Assembly (NCBI GenBank): GCA_010093605.1
Contig: MU004188.1
Coordinates: forward strand, 2,123,918-2,187,917
Reading direction: 5' to 3'
From: Lophium mytilinum
Lineage: Eukaryota
Length of the DNA: 64,000 nt
Under the pieces are notes generated by a model. It had not been told where the DNA came from and did not search any database. It saw nothing but the letters and a program-made list of their open reading frames with translations. The stretch's first letter is position 1. Each line of letters starts with the position of its first letter. Shown here in pieces: positions 37,762-50,016 of this stretch. The position numbers and the translations under genes were made by a program.

Positions 37762-38229
37762 ATGGAGTCCAACACGACAGAAATACCACTGGACATTGCC
37801 ACTAGGGAAGCCGTCAGAGCCCTTCAAGGCCGTCTTGAGGTAGACACAACCTTCAAAGGTCGCATGCCCTTCCACGTACTCGACACTTGTCTCAGCAACG
37901 GTCGCGCGGAACAATACACCATAGGAGATGTCACGAGGTACATCACAGACTGGATTGGCCCGAAACTTTCCAAAGCCGGATGGGATCGGCTGATACCGGG
38001 TCTAAGAAGCACGCTACTCGTGCTCCTCGTCGCGCGAGCTATCGACAACGAGCTCGAGCAGAACGGAACCTTGGAAGATATGGTTTACGCGGAAATGTTG
38101 GCATTCGTCTTGAGGTTCGGCAACGTGGATAGGAAGAAGGTGGTCCTCTACCTTTACCTCAAGCACCACGACATGATCGAGTCGGTGACGGAGAACAAGA
38201 TAACATTCGCAGCCGACTTGGTGGGCTAA
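37762..38229 (+). CDS. Family B copy B6
   Basis: EAVRALQGRLEVDTTFKGRM..ITDWIGPKL..AEMLAFVLRFGNVDRK. Confidence 0.8.
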   Translation: MESNTTEIPLDIATREAVRALQGRLEVDTTFKGRMPFHVLDTCLSNGRAEQYTIGDVTRYITDWIGPKLSKAGWDRLIPGLRSTLLVLLVARAIDNELEQNGTLEDMVYAEMLAFVLRFGNVDRKKVVLYLYLKHHDMIESVTENKITFAADLVG

Positions 38230-39090
38230 GAAGGCGACTAGTTGTCCATATTTCACTAGGCTATGTGCGTATGAGGTTCGTCGAGGGGACAAACTTGATC
38301 CATCCGTCTTCCCTTCGCTTCTGAATAGCACTTCAATCAAACTGCTTTGCTGCAACGACTTACTCTGCTCTTGGCACGTGACACTTCAAAACTTCGTCTT
38401 TTTGGCATGAGCGCTGAGTCAGGTTCACAGTCCTAGGCCTCAAGTCTGGGCACACAGACTCATTACAGCTTGGCTCCATCTTACCCACTAAATACCACCG
38501 CTAGGGGTAGCCTAGCTGCTGAGTAGGCAATCAGTCAAGAGGCAGTCTAATATACACTGCTGGAAGCTTGACATTGACCTTGAGTTTGAGAGTCCCTGTG
38601 GGGGCATCTCAAGCAGTGGCGTACTAGTGTGCCTAGATTTGTGGCCTTTCACTGTACCTTACGCGCGTTTCATGTCCTCTCAGGAGCACCTAAAGGACAC
38701 AGTAGACGATCAACTTCACTCTTGCATTCTGTCTTGTTTACATAGGCCTGATATGCCTCTCCTTGGTACACTTCCGTGAATATCCAAGATGGAGATGAAA
38801 TTGAGATCAATCTGTGAAGGCAGACGTGCCGAACAATGTCACCGATCCAATGTTCACCTGACTTACTCGGGTAATGGTGCACGGGCCTAGGCCGCCTACT
38901 TGGGACGCGTCGCGGACTTCTTCAGCTCAACTCTCCACTCCTCAGCTTCAAACCTCACTCACCACAAGCAAGACCACAAAGGTCGCGCCACAGACTACAA
39001 AAAGGCACTCAAGCTCGCTCTGAGGTAAGCTCTCACCCACACCCCATATAGGAGAACATTTTCCAATGCGGCCTCTAGTCCTAACAAAAC

Positions 39091-39567
39091 ATGCCGTCTA
39101 AAATCGCCAAAGCGCCGAAACCAGCCCTCCCCGACACCATTTCGGCCCTCAACGATCGCCTCTGGGATGACTTAACATTCCAAGGCCGCATGATGCACGT
39201 CACCATCGCCTCCGCGTATGACTTCAAGGCAACTCTGCCGGAGCACGAGGACGAAGTCAACGCCCGTATGAGGTCTTGGATCATTGCACGATACTTCCCC
39301 AAGCTAAATGCACTCGAGATAGCGGTGCTCCAGTCAACCAGTCAGAATCTTGGTGCCGCGCTGTGGGCTACGCTCAAAGACGCCTTCAAGCAGTCGCCGT
39401 TGGAAGAAGATGTCATCTTTACCGAAATGTTGGCATTCGTGATGAAGTTCGGAAACGACACGCAGAGGAAGTCGATGCTATACATGTACACCGTCAACCA
39501 AGGCCTGGAGGGTTGCTTCACGCGGAAGATGAGGGAGAAATACATGAAGGTTACGAATGTGGTCTGA
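39091..39567 (+). CDS. Family B copy B7
   Basis: DTISALNDRLWDDLTFQGRM..MRSWII..FPKL..TEMLAFVMKFGNDTQRK. Confidence 0.8.
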   Translation: MPSKIAKAPKPALPDTISALNDRLWDDLTFQGRMMHVTIASAYDFKATLPEHEDEVNARMRSWIIARYFPKLNALEIAVLQSTSQNLGAALWATLKDAFKQSPLEEDVIFTEMLAFVMKFGNDTQRKSMLYMYTVNQGLEGCFTRKMREKYMKVTNVV

Positions 39568-39747
39568 GTGGCGCCAGGCGTGTGAGATGGAGGGGCAGTA
39601 CGAAGTATGAACAGTCGAGATGTTAATGAAGGAGAATTCTGTACTCTCAGCTAGTAGTTGCAATCGACCGACTCAACTACGAACATTATCTCATGCTTGC
39701 ACTGTGACTAGAACTCGTGAGATTCGTGGACCTCTCTTGCTGTCTAG

Positions 39748-40260
39748 ATGCCACTGTTAGGAGTACCTCAAGTAGCACGCCTTCACTCAGCAAAATGGCA
39801 GCTCTGATATGTATCTAGAGTTTTCCTACCTCAATACCAGTGTAAGGAGTACCCCAGCCAGCGCATCTCCAACAAGGCAAACGAAAGCCTCATAACTACT
39901 GTATAGATTCTGACATTGACTTCGGGGTTTTGCTTAACTGATGCCACTGTATGAAGTACTACAGCGAGCATATCTTCAGCTAGTCAAACGGTAGGCCTAT
40001 ATCCGCTGCATAGAGTAAGATATTGTAACTAAAGTTTTGTATTGTCGATACCACTGTATGGGGCTGGCCGGCACGTCTGGAGTCGGTCAAACTAGAGCCC
40101 TGATATTGTATTTAGAGTCTTTCTATCTCGACGCCACTGTAAGGAGCACCCCAGCCAGTAAGTCATCAGCCGGTCAAACGGTAGCGCTATATCTATTGCG
40201 TAGAATTTGACATTGTTTTCAGAGTTTTGAAATATTCATACCACTGTAAGGGGTACTCCA
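39748..40260. repeat. Degenerate minisatellite, six anchor motifs with 83-107 bp spacing
   Basis: CCA(C/G)TGT anchors, mostly followed by (A/T)AGGAG(T/C)AC-like sequence, at 39751, 39837, 39944, 40051, 40134, 40241; shared CAAAC and GA(T/C)ATTG..AGAGTTTT blocks between them. Confidence 0.75.
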
Positions 40261-40684
40261 GTGGATGGAGAATTGGAGCGACAAAATATGTGAGGAATTT
40301 AGAGGATTCAGATGGTTGTGACGCGATGAATGGATCCCGATGAGGTTGAGATAGAAGTAAGTCACGTCAGCACCCGCTAGCGCCGGAACCAGTCTAGCGT
40401 TTCGCCTCAACTTTGCTCCGCCTCAACCTCATCCCTTCATCATCTCAGCCCCTCGTCCGCGAATGAAGATGAGAATACGACCATCGCATGCAGTCATCCG
40501 TCATTTTTCTCTCGGCGCCGCGCTTTATGCTTCCTATTTCATCTCCAGCTGACGCCTGCTTATAGATCGACGTCGCGGCGCTTCGGGGGCCTCCAGTCGA
40601 GATGTCTAAAAGCTAGAGCATTCGGAACATCGCTTTCTCATACTTATCACTTTTTTAATTTGATTTACGCACTTTTCCATCATC

Positions 40685-42727
40685 ATGATCATCCAGTCGG
40701 GTCGGGTTCTGACACCTCGACCAACCCAAAAACGTTCCCGGGCAATTTACCAATGCACCGAGTGCCGCCAGCGCAAGATACGGTGTAGCAAGTCCTGTCC
40801 TCGGCCTTGTTCAACGTGTGTGCAGTTCTCCCGGACCTGCATATATACATCTCAGACCACTGGCAGCAAGAACTCCAGCGCCCCGAGTACTGATAGCTCG
40901 CCATCTGAAGCGATTTGCGCTCCGGAATCGGTGTACCCAGCAGAGGCTCCATTTGCGGCCTCTCCGGATGTTTCATCTATTGCATCTACCGGAGATACAT
41001 GTTCTTCACGTCCTGCTCTCAATGATGTATGCCTCCAGCTGGGGAAGCTCAGCATCACCGAGCGGATTGGGGGTATATTGCGACCGGACATGGTCAGGAT
41101 ATTGGACGGCATCCTCTCCAAAGGAGCAACACCGCATGCTGGTGAACTCCAATTCCCAAACTGGAATCCAGTTTGCACCCCGCTGGTGGCTTGGTTCAAG
41201 CCTCTTCCTTTGGTTTCCCTCATTCGTTCAGGCCCGACGATCGGCGAGGAAACCCCGTACTTTCCCACGCGCGCAGAATGCGACATTCTCACACACCAGT
41301 ACTTCTTAGCAGTCGATCCTATCTCGCATCTGCTCTATAGATCTTCGTTCGAACTTCAGGTCAACGAAGTTTTCGAGAATCTCCATCAGCCAGGTCTTAT
41401 CGCGGCGAAGACTTTGATCTTGGCGGTATGCTTTGCTGCCGCAACTAGCATGCCGTTTCTTCAAGTTCAATTGAAGCTCACGATGTCGAAACCCGCTTTG
41501 GTAAGTAAGCTGATTGCAGCCACCGAGTCATATCTACAGACTGGAGATGTCTTAAGTTCCTCCGAGATGACTATGCTACAGGCCGTATGCGTTTATCTTG
41601 TCAGGGCCCCGATCACGAAACAATCAGGATGAGGCTAACTTATACAGATGCCCCAATGCCGTGCGGAGATATCTCGGTCACATTCCGTCTTCGTCGGAGC
41701 GCTTATCCGCTCAGCGCAGATTGCCGGCCTCGATCAACTATCGACAGGAAGTAGTCCCGAGCAGATTCAATTAAGACGACTAGTGTGGCATCAGCTCGCA
41801 TTCTACGATCTTAGAACAGCCGAGGCCCAGGGTCCGAGTCCGATGCTCGCCCCATATACTGGGGAGATGCAGTATCCTGTGAACATATCTGATAAAGATC
41901 TAAACGTTGTACTGGACTTATCCCCGAACTTCGAATTTACCCAGGCCACCTTCTCGTTGATTCGATACGAATGTTACGACATCCATAGACAGATCTTTCG
42001 CGACCGCGAGAGAATGAGACGAGGGCAGGTGGGGTTTTTAGACGTTTTGAAGTCTATTGACCGAAGACGGCTTTACATTGAAAACACCTATTTGCAATTT
42101 CTAGACGAAGGGGTACCAGTGCAAAAATGCGCCAAGATGGTTGCTAGGCTGCTGCTTGCCCGATGCAAGACCATGACAATCCACGAGCAGGTCCTGAAGC
42201 ACGGTGATCGCATACTACGCGAAAGGTGAGGCAGATGGATTTACTCTCTTTCCCTGACACTAACCCTTTTCAGGTTCGTTCAATGCGCTTTGACAATAAT
42301 CGAAAGCGGAGCGCTGCTCGAGACAGATCCAGACCTGGCAACATGGGCGTGGTATGCTGGGGCGTATCAGCAATACCACAGTCTACTCGCTCTTATCGTG
42401 GACCTTTACCAAGAACCAGATATGGCAGACCGTGAAAGGATTCTTGCCATGGCGGACCATGTCTTTGGAAGCTCGGAGGCCATGAGTAGCCACGAACGAT
42501 GCGGCATGGTAATACGAACCATCAGAGACAAGCTAGAGGTACTATTAACCTCACGAGGTTTCAGCAATGTTACCGAACCGCTGGCGATGGGGCTTGTGGA
42601 TGATTCGCAATCTCCTTTATCGGAGCAATTGGCTTGGGGGGAGGGCACCTTCGCTGGAGACGACCAATTCGCGGAATACCTTGACAGCATCGATTTTAGC
42701 AATTCGTGGTGGCAGCTATCGTCCTGA
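40685..42727 (+). CDS. Zn(II)2Cys6 fungal transcription factor with fungal-specific TF middle domain
   Basis: CTECRQRKIRCSKSCPRPCSTCVQFSRTC; LRRLVWHQLAFYDLRTAEAQGP..PVNISD; two introns (~41600-41647, ~42226-42273). Confidence 0.92.
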
Positions 42728-43542
42728 TATCACCAGAACTCACTTAGTTTCCCGCCTCATCTTGGGATTAGCGTCTCAGATATATAACCTCTCGTCAGTT
42801 TCACAGCGCGCAACGCAGCGTGAGGGTACAGCCATGCGCACTTGCAGATGCACCCCCGAGTTCAGAAATCACAGTCCCGAAGACATTACCCGCAAGATCC
42901 ACAACAAATCACAATCATAACTCTTCCTGCACCCTCTTCAAGATAAAACGGATGCGCTAATACAGTCGGGACGTATTTAGGCGTTTCAGGAAATTCCAGG
43001 ATGGCCAGGGCAGATCGCATTGGATCCTCGATTTTGGATATCTAGGGCGCGTCTGCAAGCGAACATCAACCTTCAATCCGGTTCCGGGATGATCGCCGCT
43101 ACAATAGAATTCCAGTGGTTGAAGAAAGTGTTGCATGCGATGCAATCGAGCTCTTAGCGTCTTGGAGACCGGGGCGTTGGGGGAGATATTCAGAATTCAC
43201 GCAGGGAAAAGGCAGTCTTTGACGTCGATCCTGTCCACTCCTTTCGGCCGCTCGTAAAGTTTTGGCGAATCGTACGCTCGCGTTATCGGCCGGTAAGACG
43301 CCAAGCAAGCTAACCGGTAAGGCTGATGGGGCTGAGACGACGCCGCACGTGACTTTCGGTCCGAAAAACCAGCGAGCCGTCTATCTTCATTATATATATA
43401 AAGTACTACGACGGGCTGTATGTCCTCTCTTTTACCGCAACTCATTGTGTTCATCGTAAAGACGCCAAGTCTCTGTAACTAGACGCCCCTCATCATTCTG
43501 CGCACTCATTTTCAATCGCCTTCAATCCCACCTTTCGCCACC

Positions 43543-44253
43543 ATGATCCCCCCCTTTTCAACTCTCCTCAGTCTACTGGGTACCTTCTCTGCTCTTTTTG
43601 CTCTATCCTTTTCTTGCGTCCCGCCCCAGGCTCGCGGCCAATCTCCTGTCACCATCGGCACAGACGGCCCCGCCGATCCCGCAACCGTCGGCTTCAACCT
43701 CAACCATATCGCCATCCAGATCAGCAACATCACCGCCAGCCGCAAGTTCTATGGCGAGGTCCTAGGCCTGCGCCATATCTTCACCTTTGAAGCCTCCGAA
43801 GATTTCGCGGTCGTGTACATGGGGCATGCACAAGGCGGGCGGAACGGAACCGGATATCAGACTGGAGCAGAGATGGCGCGGGACCAATGGAACTCGGAGG
43901 GATTGCTTGAGCTTGTTTGGTCGAGCGTGAGTATCTGGAATTGTAGTCTGTTTCTTTGGCTCAAGCGCTAACGATATCGGTAGCAAAACAAACATATCGA
44001 TTCCGCTGTCTTTGGCATGTCGCATCTCGGCCTCGTTGTGCCGGATATCCAGGCTTTCCAGGATCGGCTCCTTGCGCTGAAGATTCCGGTCGAGAAGAAG
44101 ATCGGTGAGTTGCCGAAGAAGGACTTTGGTCTTTATTTTGGCTTGCATGGGGAGAACCCGGTTTTGCCGCCGGCGTTGAAGCAGCCGATTTCGGGGTTTG
44201 TGTTTGTGAGGGACCCGGATGGGTATTTGATTGAGGTGCAGGTGCAGCAGTAA
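43543..44253 (+). CDS. Secreted glyoxalase/bleomycin-resistance (VOC) family protein
   Basis: Hydrophobic signal-peptide-like N-terminus; LNHIAIQISNITASRKFYGEVLGL, LLELV, SHLGLVVPDI, FVRDPDGYLIEV; one intron ~43928-43983. Confidence 0.88.
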
Positions 44254-44622
44254 GGAGCGCCATTGCAGTTTTAAGCATTGAGGTGTAACGGGGGACTGAG
44301 AATGTCGAAGCTGTTCGAATAAGTTCTCTCTGCCCTGATGGCTTTCCAAGGTAGTCGCATATCGACACAGTTGATCCATCGCCTTGCATTTAGCATATCC
44401 ATACTATTTTGACTTTCTTAAAATAATTTCTCGATACTTTCATTGTCAACATCCTAAGTACTTGACTTCCAGATCCGTGCGAGGCGAGCTAATCAGATGC
44501 TCGCTTCCAATTTGTTTTGTTTTCTCCTAGCAGGCTCACGTAGTCACGCGAATGCGAAGCTCTTCACGCTTTGCAGGTTCCGCGCTACCTCATCACCACC
44601 TCCCAGCCTATGCAACCTTACT

Positions 44623-45645
44623 ATGGCAGGGCCTAGTAGCAGCTTCAGTCCCACTGGCGAGACTTCTTTGAGATCGCCTGCGCCAATAATCACCGAACCT
44701 AATGCCGACTCCCCTTGCACTCTCTGGGCCCTGGGTCTCAGCGAATACCTCAGAGTCCTCCGCGACAACGGGTTCTGGGACGTAGATACACTTCTGGAAA
44801 TCACCGACGATGACATGACTGAGCTCGGATTCAATCTGGGTCATCAGCGCATCATGCAGCGGGAGACTGCCGCCGCGGCATTGCAGGAGAAAAAGTCTCG
44901 CATCAAGCCCGAGAGCATGGCGCTCGGATACCTATCTCGCATACTCAACGACCTTTTTCTCTACAGATACAAAGCAACTCTCGAAAACAATGAATTTCAC
45001 AACTGGCCCACCGTTCTCGAGATCACGGAGGGCGATCTCAAGCAGCTGGGGTTCAAGATTGGGCACCGGCGCCTCTTGCAGCGGGAGATTGCGATTGCGC
45101 GCGGTCGGTCTGGCCAAGGTGCGATGGAGTCTAAACAACTTAGGAGAGAGTCTTGTGGCAACGACGATTCGGTGAGTAAGTCAGCGGACAAGGTGTCTTC
45201 TATTTCACTGGATATCGACTTCTAACAAGGCGATTCCCAAGACCTCAACTCCTGTTCGTTCGCGTATCGTCTCTTCGCCCAACAAGGACTCAGAATTCCT
45301 AAACTGCTGTTAAAAAGGCTCCACAAGTTCAACGATACCAAGACAGATACTTGTAACAAATTCCTTTGCCAGTATGGACTAAGTCCTACTGAAGAAACGC
45401 AACAGCTTTTCTGGATGTTTGAGGCATCGAAGGTCCAGCGGGTTCGAAACTGCCGGCGAACTCTGGAAGCCAAAAATACCGATAGAGACGGTATCCTAAC
45501 AGATACGAACAGATTAGCTTTACAAGATATGCTTTACACAGTCTTCAGGATCGATCGGTCCGGGGACAACATTGACGGCGGTAATGTAGATGGATCTCGC
45601 GCCTGCAAAATCAGCTCCGAGATGGGTCTTCACCCGCAGAAATAG
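44623..45645 (+). CDS. Array C gene C1: two SAM domains + class-I C-terminal domain
   Basis: LGLSEYLRVLRDNGF..LLEITDDDMTELGFNLGHQRIMQRE and WPTVLEITEGDLKQLGFKIGHRRLLQREIA; exon 2 CNKFLCQYGLSPTEETQQLFW. Confidence 0.85.
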
Positions 45646-46102
45646 ATGCATGCAGCAAATAGGGCAGACTTATGAACCACCACGGAACGCAGGCCTTTGG
45701 AAATACTGTATGAAGCTGTATTTATCCTCTCTAGTAGCTCGTGTGCCATCAATTCATCACTGTCTCGGGTGACTCTGAGGTCAACCAGTGCATATATTGT
45801 CTGACATCATGCTATTCTCACTCTTTGAATCTTGAAAATATTTGGAAGGACTTCACTTGGGCATTCTTGGTGACCATTATGAGGGGTTTTGGGCGTAACT
45901 GTGACAGACCTTGATTTTCCATCCTGAGCAAGAGCTCGCTCAACGAGCCCTAGTTGGGACCATTTCCTTTACGGACAACAGTTATCAATCAACCAACAAG
46001 CTTGGCTAGCACGCCGCTGACCGTTCCTCCTCACTTCCGTATATATATAGTCTTCCACCTCAACTTCTCCTCCACCAACTTTACAACCACCAACTCTTCA
46101 TC

Positions 46103-47068
46103 ATGATGGAGCTCAAGCCTATCCTCGAGTGCTTTGGGCTCGAAGCATATCACGACGTGCTCATCAGCAACGGATTCGAGCAATGGGAGACGGTTCTTGA
46201 GATCACAGAAGAAGACTTGAACGCGCTGGAGTTCAAGCGTGGACACCGCCGTCTGCTGCAGCTCGAGATCGCTCACTACCGCGAACATCCGATTGAAGCA
46301 GCGAAGGAAGCCGGAGAAGGATCTGGGAAAAAGCGCAAAGCGAATTCTCAAGGCAAGTACGCTACAAATCGAACGACGTATCTGTGCTAATTTCAGGTAC
46401 TACCAGGCGGACCTGCTGCAAAGGTTGTCAAGAGGCCAGCTGGTGGATCGGAGCAGGTAGATGCGCTAGGTATGCCATCATTAACTCTTCGTCCTTGCTC
46501 TACTCACTCTAAATATAGGCCAGCCTATTGCCAAAGCCATACAGAAGGCTTTCCAGGGACCCACCAATGCTAGCGGCGATGATGATTCAGGTAAGCAGCT
46601 TCAGTAGCATTTGTTCGTTGGCTTATGTACTCACCAAAACAACGCTTAGATCATCAAGCCCATATGGCGCTGAGGACTCTTTTCATTCAAGCCCGCAAGA
46701 CAGGAAAGAAAGAGTTCGAAAAGTTCATCAGCTATGCCGATCTCATTCCCAACTACAAGGTTCGCCAGTTCTTCTGGTTCTGCAAGGGCGCTGAAATGCG
46801 AAAGAACTCCAGCGACCACGAACTCGACCGTATCTGGAAGGCTGTAAGGGCCTTGATGGAGGAGGTGGGTTCGATCAGGGAGCCAACCATTGGCGACCTA
46901 GAAGATCAATGGGATAGGTACCGATACGCCACGGGTATGCGAGAAGCAGTCAATAAAATCCTAGGCGGCAATGAGGAGAAAGAGGAGGAACTGTCCAAAG
47001 ATTTGAATCTCGATATTACTGACTATATCGGTGACGACTCGCCCACAGACGTCGGATACGGATGGTGA
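46103..47068 (+). CDS. Array C gene C2: SAM + class-I C-terminal domain
   Basis: FGLEAYHDVLISNGFEQWETVLEITEEDLNALEFKRGHRRLLQLEIA; several short introns; last exon FEKFISYADLIPNYKVRQFFW. Confidence 0.85.
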
Positions 47069-47636
47069 GAAGAGGTGGTCAGTCTGAAGGTAGAGTGCAC
47101 GTGGCCTCAGCTTCGAGCTAGTTCCGGTTTCCTCAACTTGCGTTTAAGCGTTGGAGAGAGGTTTTGATGGGCCTAGGAGAGTGGAGTCGAAGACTCGAAA
47201 GGCCTGGAGTTGACTCAGCGAGCTATCATTATGCAGCTATGCTCACATCTTAGCATCTACCAAAGACCATCAGTTGTTCCCCGATCTTTCCATCTATGTG
47301 CGAGATCTTTCTGCCGGGTTTAGATCCGTTTCCTCAACATTTTTTCTTATTCCTGTAAATACCGGGGCAAAGGTGTAAAATCAGATTGCCGCCGCTGAAT
47401 GTGGCTCGATACCTCTTAAAAAGGTAAGCAGCATCCATTCTGATTGATCAGAAGTCCCAGCGGCCTAGGGTAGCGCCATCCAGCACTGGTAAAGTCACTG
47501 GACGATAGCAAAACATCATTGGCACGGAGAAACAGCTTCTCTGCCATATTGCCTGCCTGGCACGAGACGCGTCTCAAATTGCTCCAGTGCCCACTTCTTG
47601 TCTTTCGAACAGCCGTCCAACGACATTCAAGTCACC

Positions 47637-48150
47637 ATGGCAGACCTCGCATCCATCCTCGAGTAGCTCGGCCTGGAGAAATGCCATGAAACGCTGATCA
47701 GCAACGGCTTCGAGACCTAGCGCTGATTTCTCTTGATTACAGAAACCGTTTTGAAGATAGTTGAGTGTCGAAGTCAGTCACTGCTGCATGGTGCAGGATG
47801 AGATTGCCGTCTATCGCAGAGTCGAAGGAAGTGCGCTTCTAGATGTGCAGAACGCCTACTATCCGAGTCGATGTAGATACCTGAGCGTCTTGATATTTGA
47901 TGCTCACAGCCGTGTAGGGCGAAGACTAAGCCTTGGAACTTTCGCTCTTCAAGCTTACGCCGGCCAAAGCCGTCCCATCCCCCACGTTTCGATGTAAGGC
48001 ATCACGAGACTCTTCGGCCCTGAGCAGCGAAACTTCGAGCATTCCCTCCATCACCAGTACCTTCGATCAAAGGAGTCGGCACACGAGATCTTTTGGATGA
48101 CGCAGGCGGTGAAGCTAGCAAGGATTCGTGACTCTAGAGGAATTAAAGGT
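47637..48150 (+). pseudogene. Array C gene C3: SAM + class-I domain pseudogene
   Basis: MADLASILE*LGLEKCHETLISNGFET*R*FLLITE (TAG 47664-66, TAG 47718-20, TGA 47724-26), a frameshift, then SHCCMVQDEIA; downstream FEHSLHHQYLRSKESAHEIFWM. Confidence 0.8.
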
Positions 48151-48760
48151 AGGAGTGTGTAGAGTATGCTCAGAGGGTTTACGCATTGGGCCTTATATGC
48201 ACCATTTTCGTCCAATAAATGATATAGCTAGCTGCACCGGGTATGCAGAAGTCCACTAGTACTCACGAAACGCATGTGAAAGAGCCAACCAAAACTTACG
48301 TGATCACCACGCCCTTCATTAGTAACAATGCGGCTTGGTCACTATGTTTATGCCTTCTTGTCACGCTCCGTGGTGTGTTTACCACTTTGCAGAACCAGAA
48401 CAAAGGACGGTCTAACTCGGATACTCTTTATTGCATATAAAGTCTGCTGAGCATGGTCCAAGGCACTCTAGCATGGCTTGAAACTCCAAATGGGAATGTC
48501 AAATCCTCAGGGGCGTATATCAGAGGGCTACTCGAGTGATCGATTTCAGACCACCAACAAAGGTCTAGAGTACTTGAAGAGACGGTGCCCCATGTCGGTG
48601 CCAACACTTCATTTCTTCTTCGCCTCCGAGACCCAGCCACGCGAGTCGTGGGAGTCATTACTTTGTCCCACTCCCTATAGTAGCGCCTCACTTCACCAAC
48701 GAGTCCCTCTCTCTTCACAACATCACCCTCGAGCGGTCCGACATCTTCCACGACTACACC

Positions 48761-49318
48761 ATGGCGAACCTCGCATCCAAGCTCCAGGGCTTGGGACTGG
48801 AGAGATACCACGTTGCTTTCGTCGAGAACGGTTTCGAAAATTGGAGCACCCTGAGCAAGATCACGGATGACGATCTCAAAGAGCTCGGCGTCAAGATGGG
48901 CCATCGCCGTATCCTGCAGCATGAGATCGCCGCGGAACGCAACAAGGCTGCCGAGGAGCTCTCAAGCCTACAAAACGGCGGCGCGCTAGGTAAGTGCATC
49001 ATAATTGAGCCTTGAGCTGTTTTCACTGACAACTTCCAAGACGAAACTCTCGGCTTTAGAGAGTATACGCGCCGTTTTCTCGCTGAACACGTTCGAGTCG
49101 TTCCAGAGGATCGACTTGACATCCTTGACTCTGAAGAAGGCAACTGGCAAGACTTCCTTGGCAAATACGGTCTCTGTCCTTCCCTACAAGTCTGCAAGTT
49201 GTTCTGGGAGGGACGGGTGAATACCTATGTTGCGGAGAGGAATTCCACTGGTGGGCTGATCAATCAATCCGCGAGAACGTTCTACCTATTCCTCAAGGTA
49301 ACTCCTCAAATGTCTTGA
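48761..49318 (+). CDS. Array C gene C4: SAM + class-I C-terminal domain
   Basis: LGLERYHVAFVENGFENWSTLSKITDDDLKELGVKMGHRRILQHEIA; intron ~48990-49040; WQDFLGKYGLCPSLQVCKLFW. Confidence 0.85.
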
Positions 49319-50016
49319 AGGCTTTCATCAATCCGCCGTCGGTGGACTACTGAGCTCGAACGGACATGAGACTATGTTAGCTGGAGACTGGCTTCGATGT
49401 GCAGGCCTGATTCACACGAGTACCAGCAACAAAACTCGGGCCGTTCTGGAGATGAAATAAGGCAGTATCTGGAGTCTCTGCAATCGTCAACACACGAGAT
49501 GACAGCTGGGGAGAGGCGGGATAGAGCACTATCAAGTTACGATCGAAACACAATATCAAACTTTTGATCGTGTAAATGGATGTGTAACGGAGAAACCCAA
49601 TAACCGTGTGTCTCAGACTATTGGAGATACTTTGACTGAGGCTGTTCTGTTCCCCTCGATACATGATGTTTGGGTGTGTCTGGAGAATGTGGACGAAACG
49701 AAATCTTTCGAATTCTTTCCAAAGAACGCCCATCCCCATTCTTATTGGTTTACATTGATGTCGCTTTCCACAACAAGGACCTGGCCGACTGCTTTACGTT
49801 TAACTACCCTTTGGGAGCACGTAGTTGTAAACTAGACTGGTGAGTGAACACAATAGTCCTTTCAGCTGGCATTCACCACCTTTCTTCGTCCACTTAGCCG
49901 GTTGTACCCTTTTCCCAACGCACTGTCCCGTTCCTTGAAGGTTTCTGCATCCTCATCGTAACTAACCGTCTATTGCCCTCTCTTTCATCGCACCCAAACA
50001 ACGAGCTCCACTCATC

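Noticed and set aside
39748..40260. CRISPR-like array or ankyrin-coding repeat
   Set aside because: Eukaryotic context, no cas genes, the sequences between anchors are similar to each other, and the period is not a multiple of 3.
47637..47780. TAG at the conserved SAM Trp as an A-to-I editing-corrected stop
   Set aside because: The same exon has another TAG, a TGA and a frameshift, so pseudogenisation is simpler.
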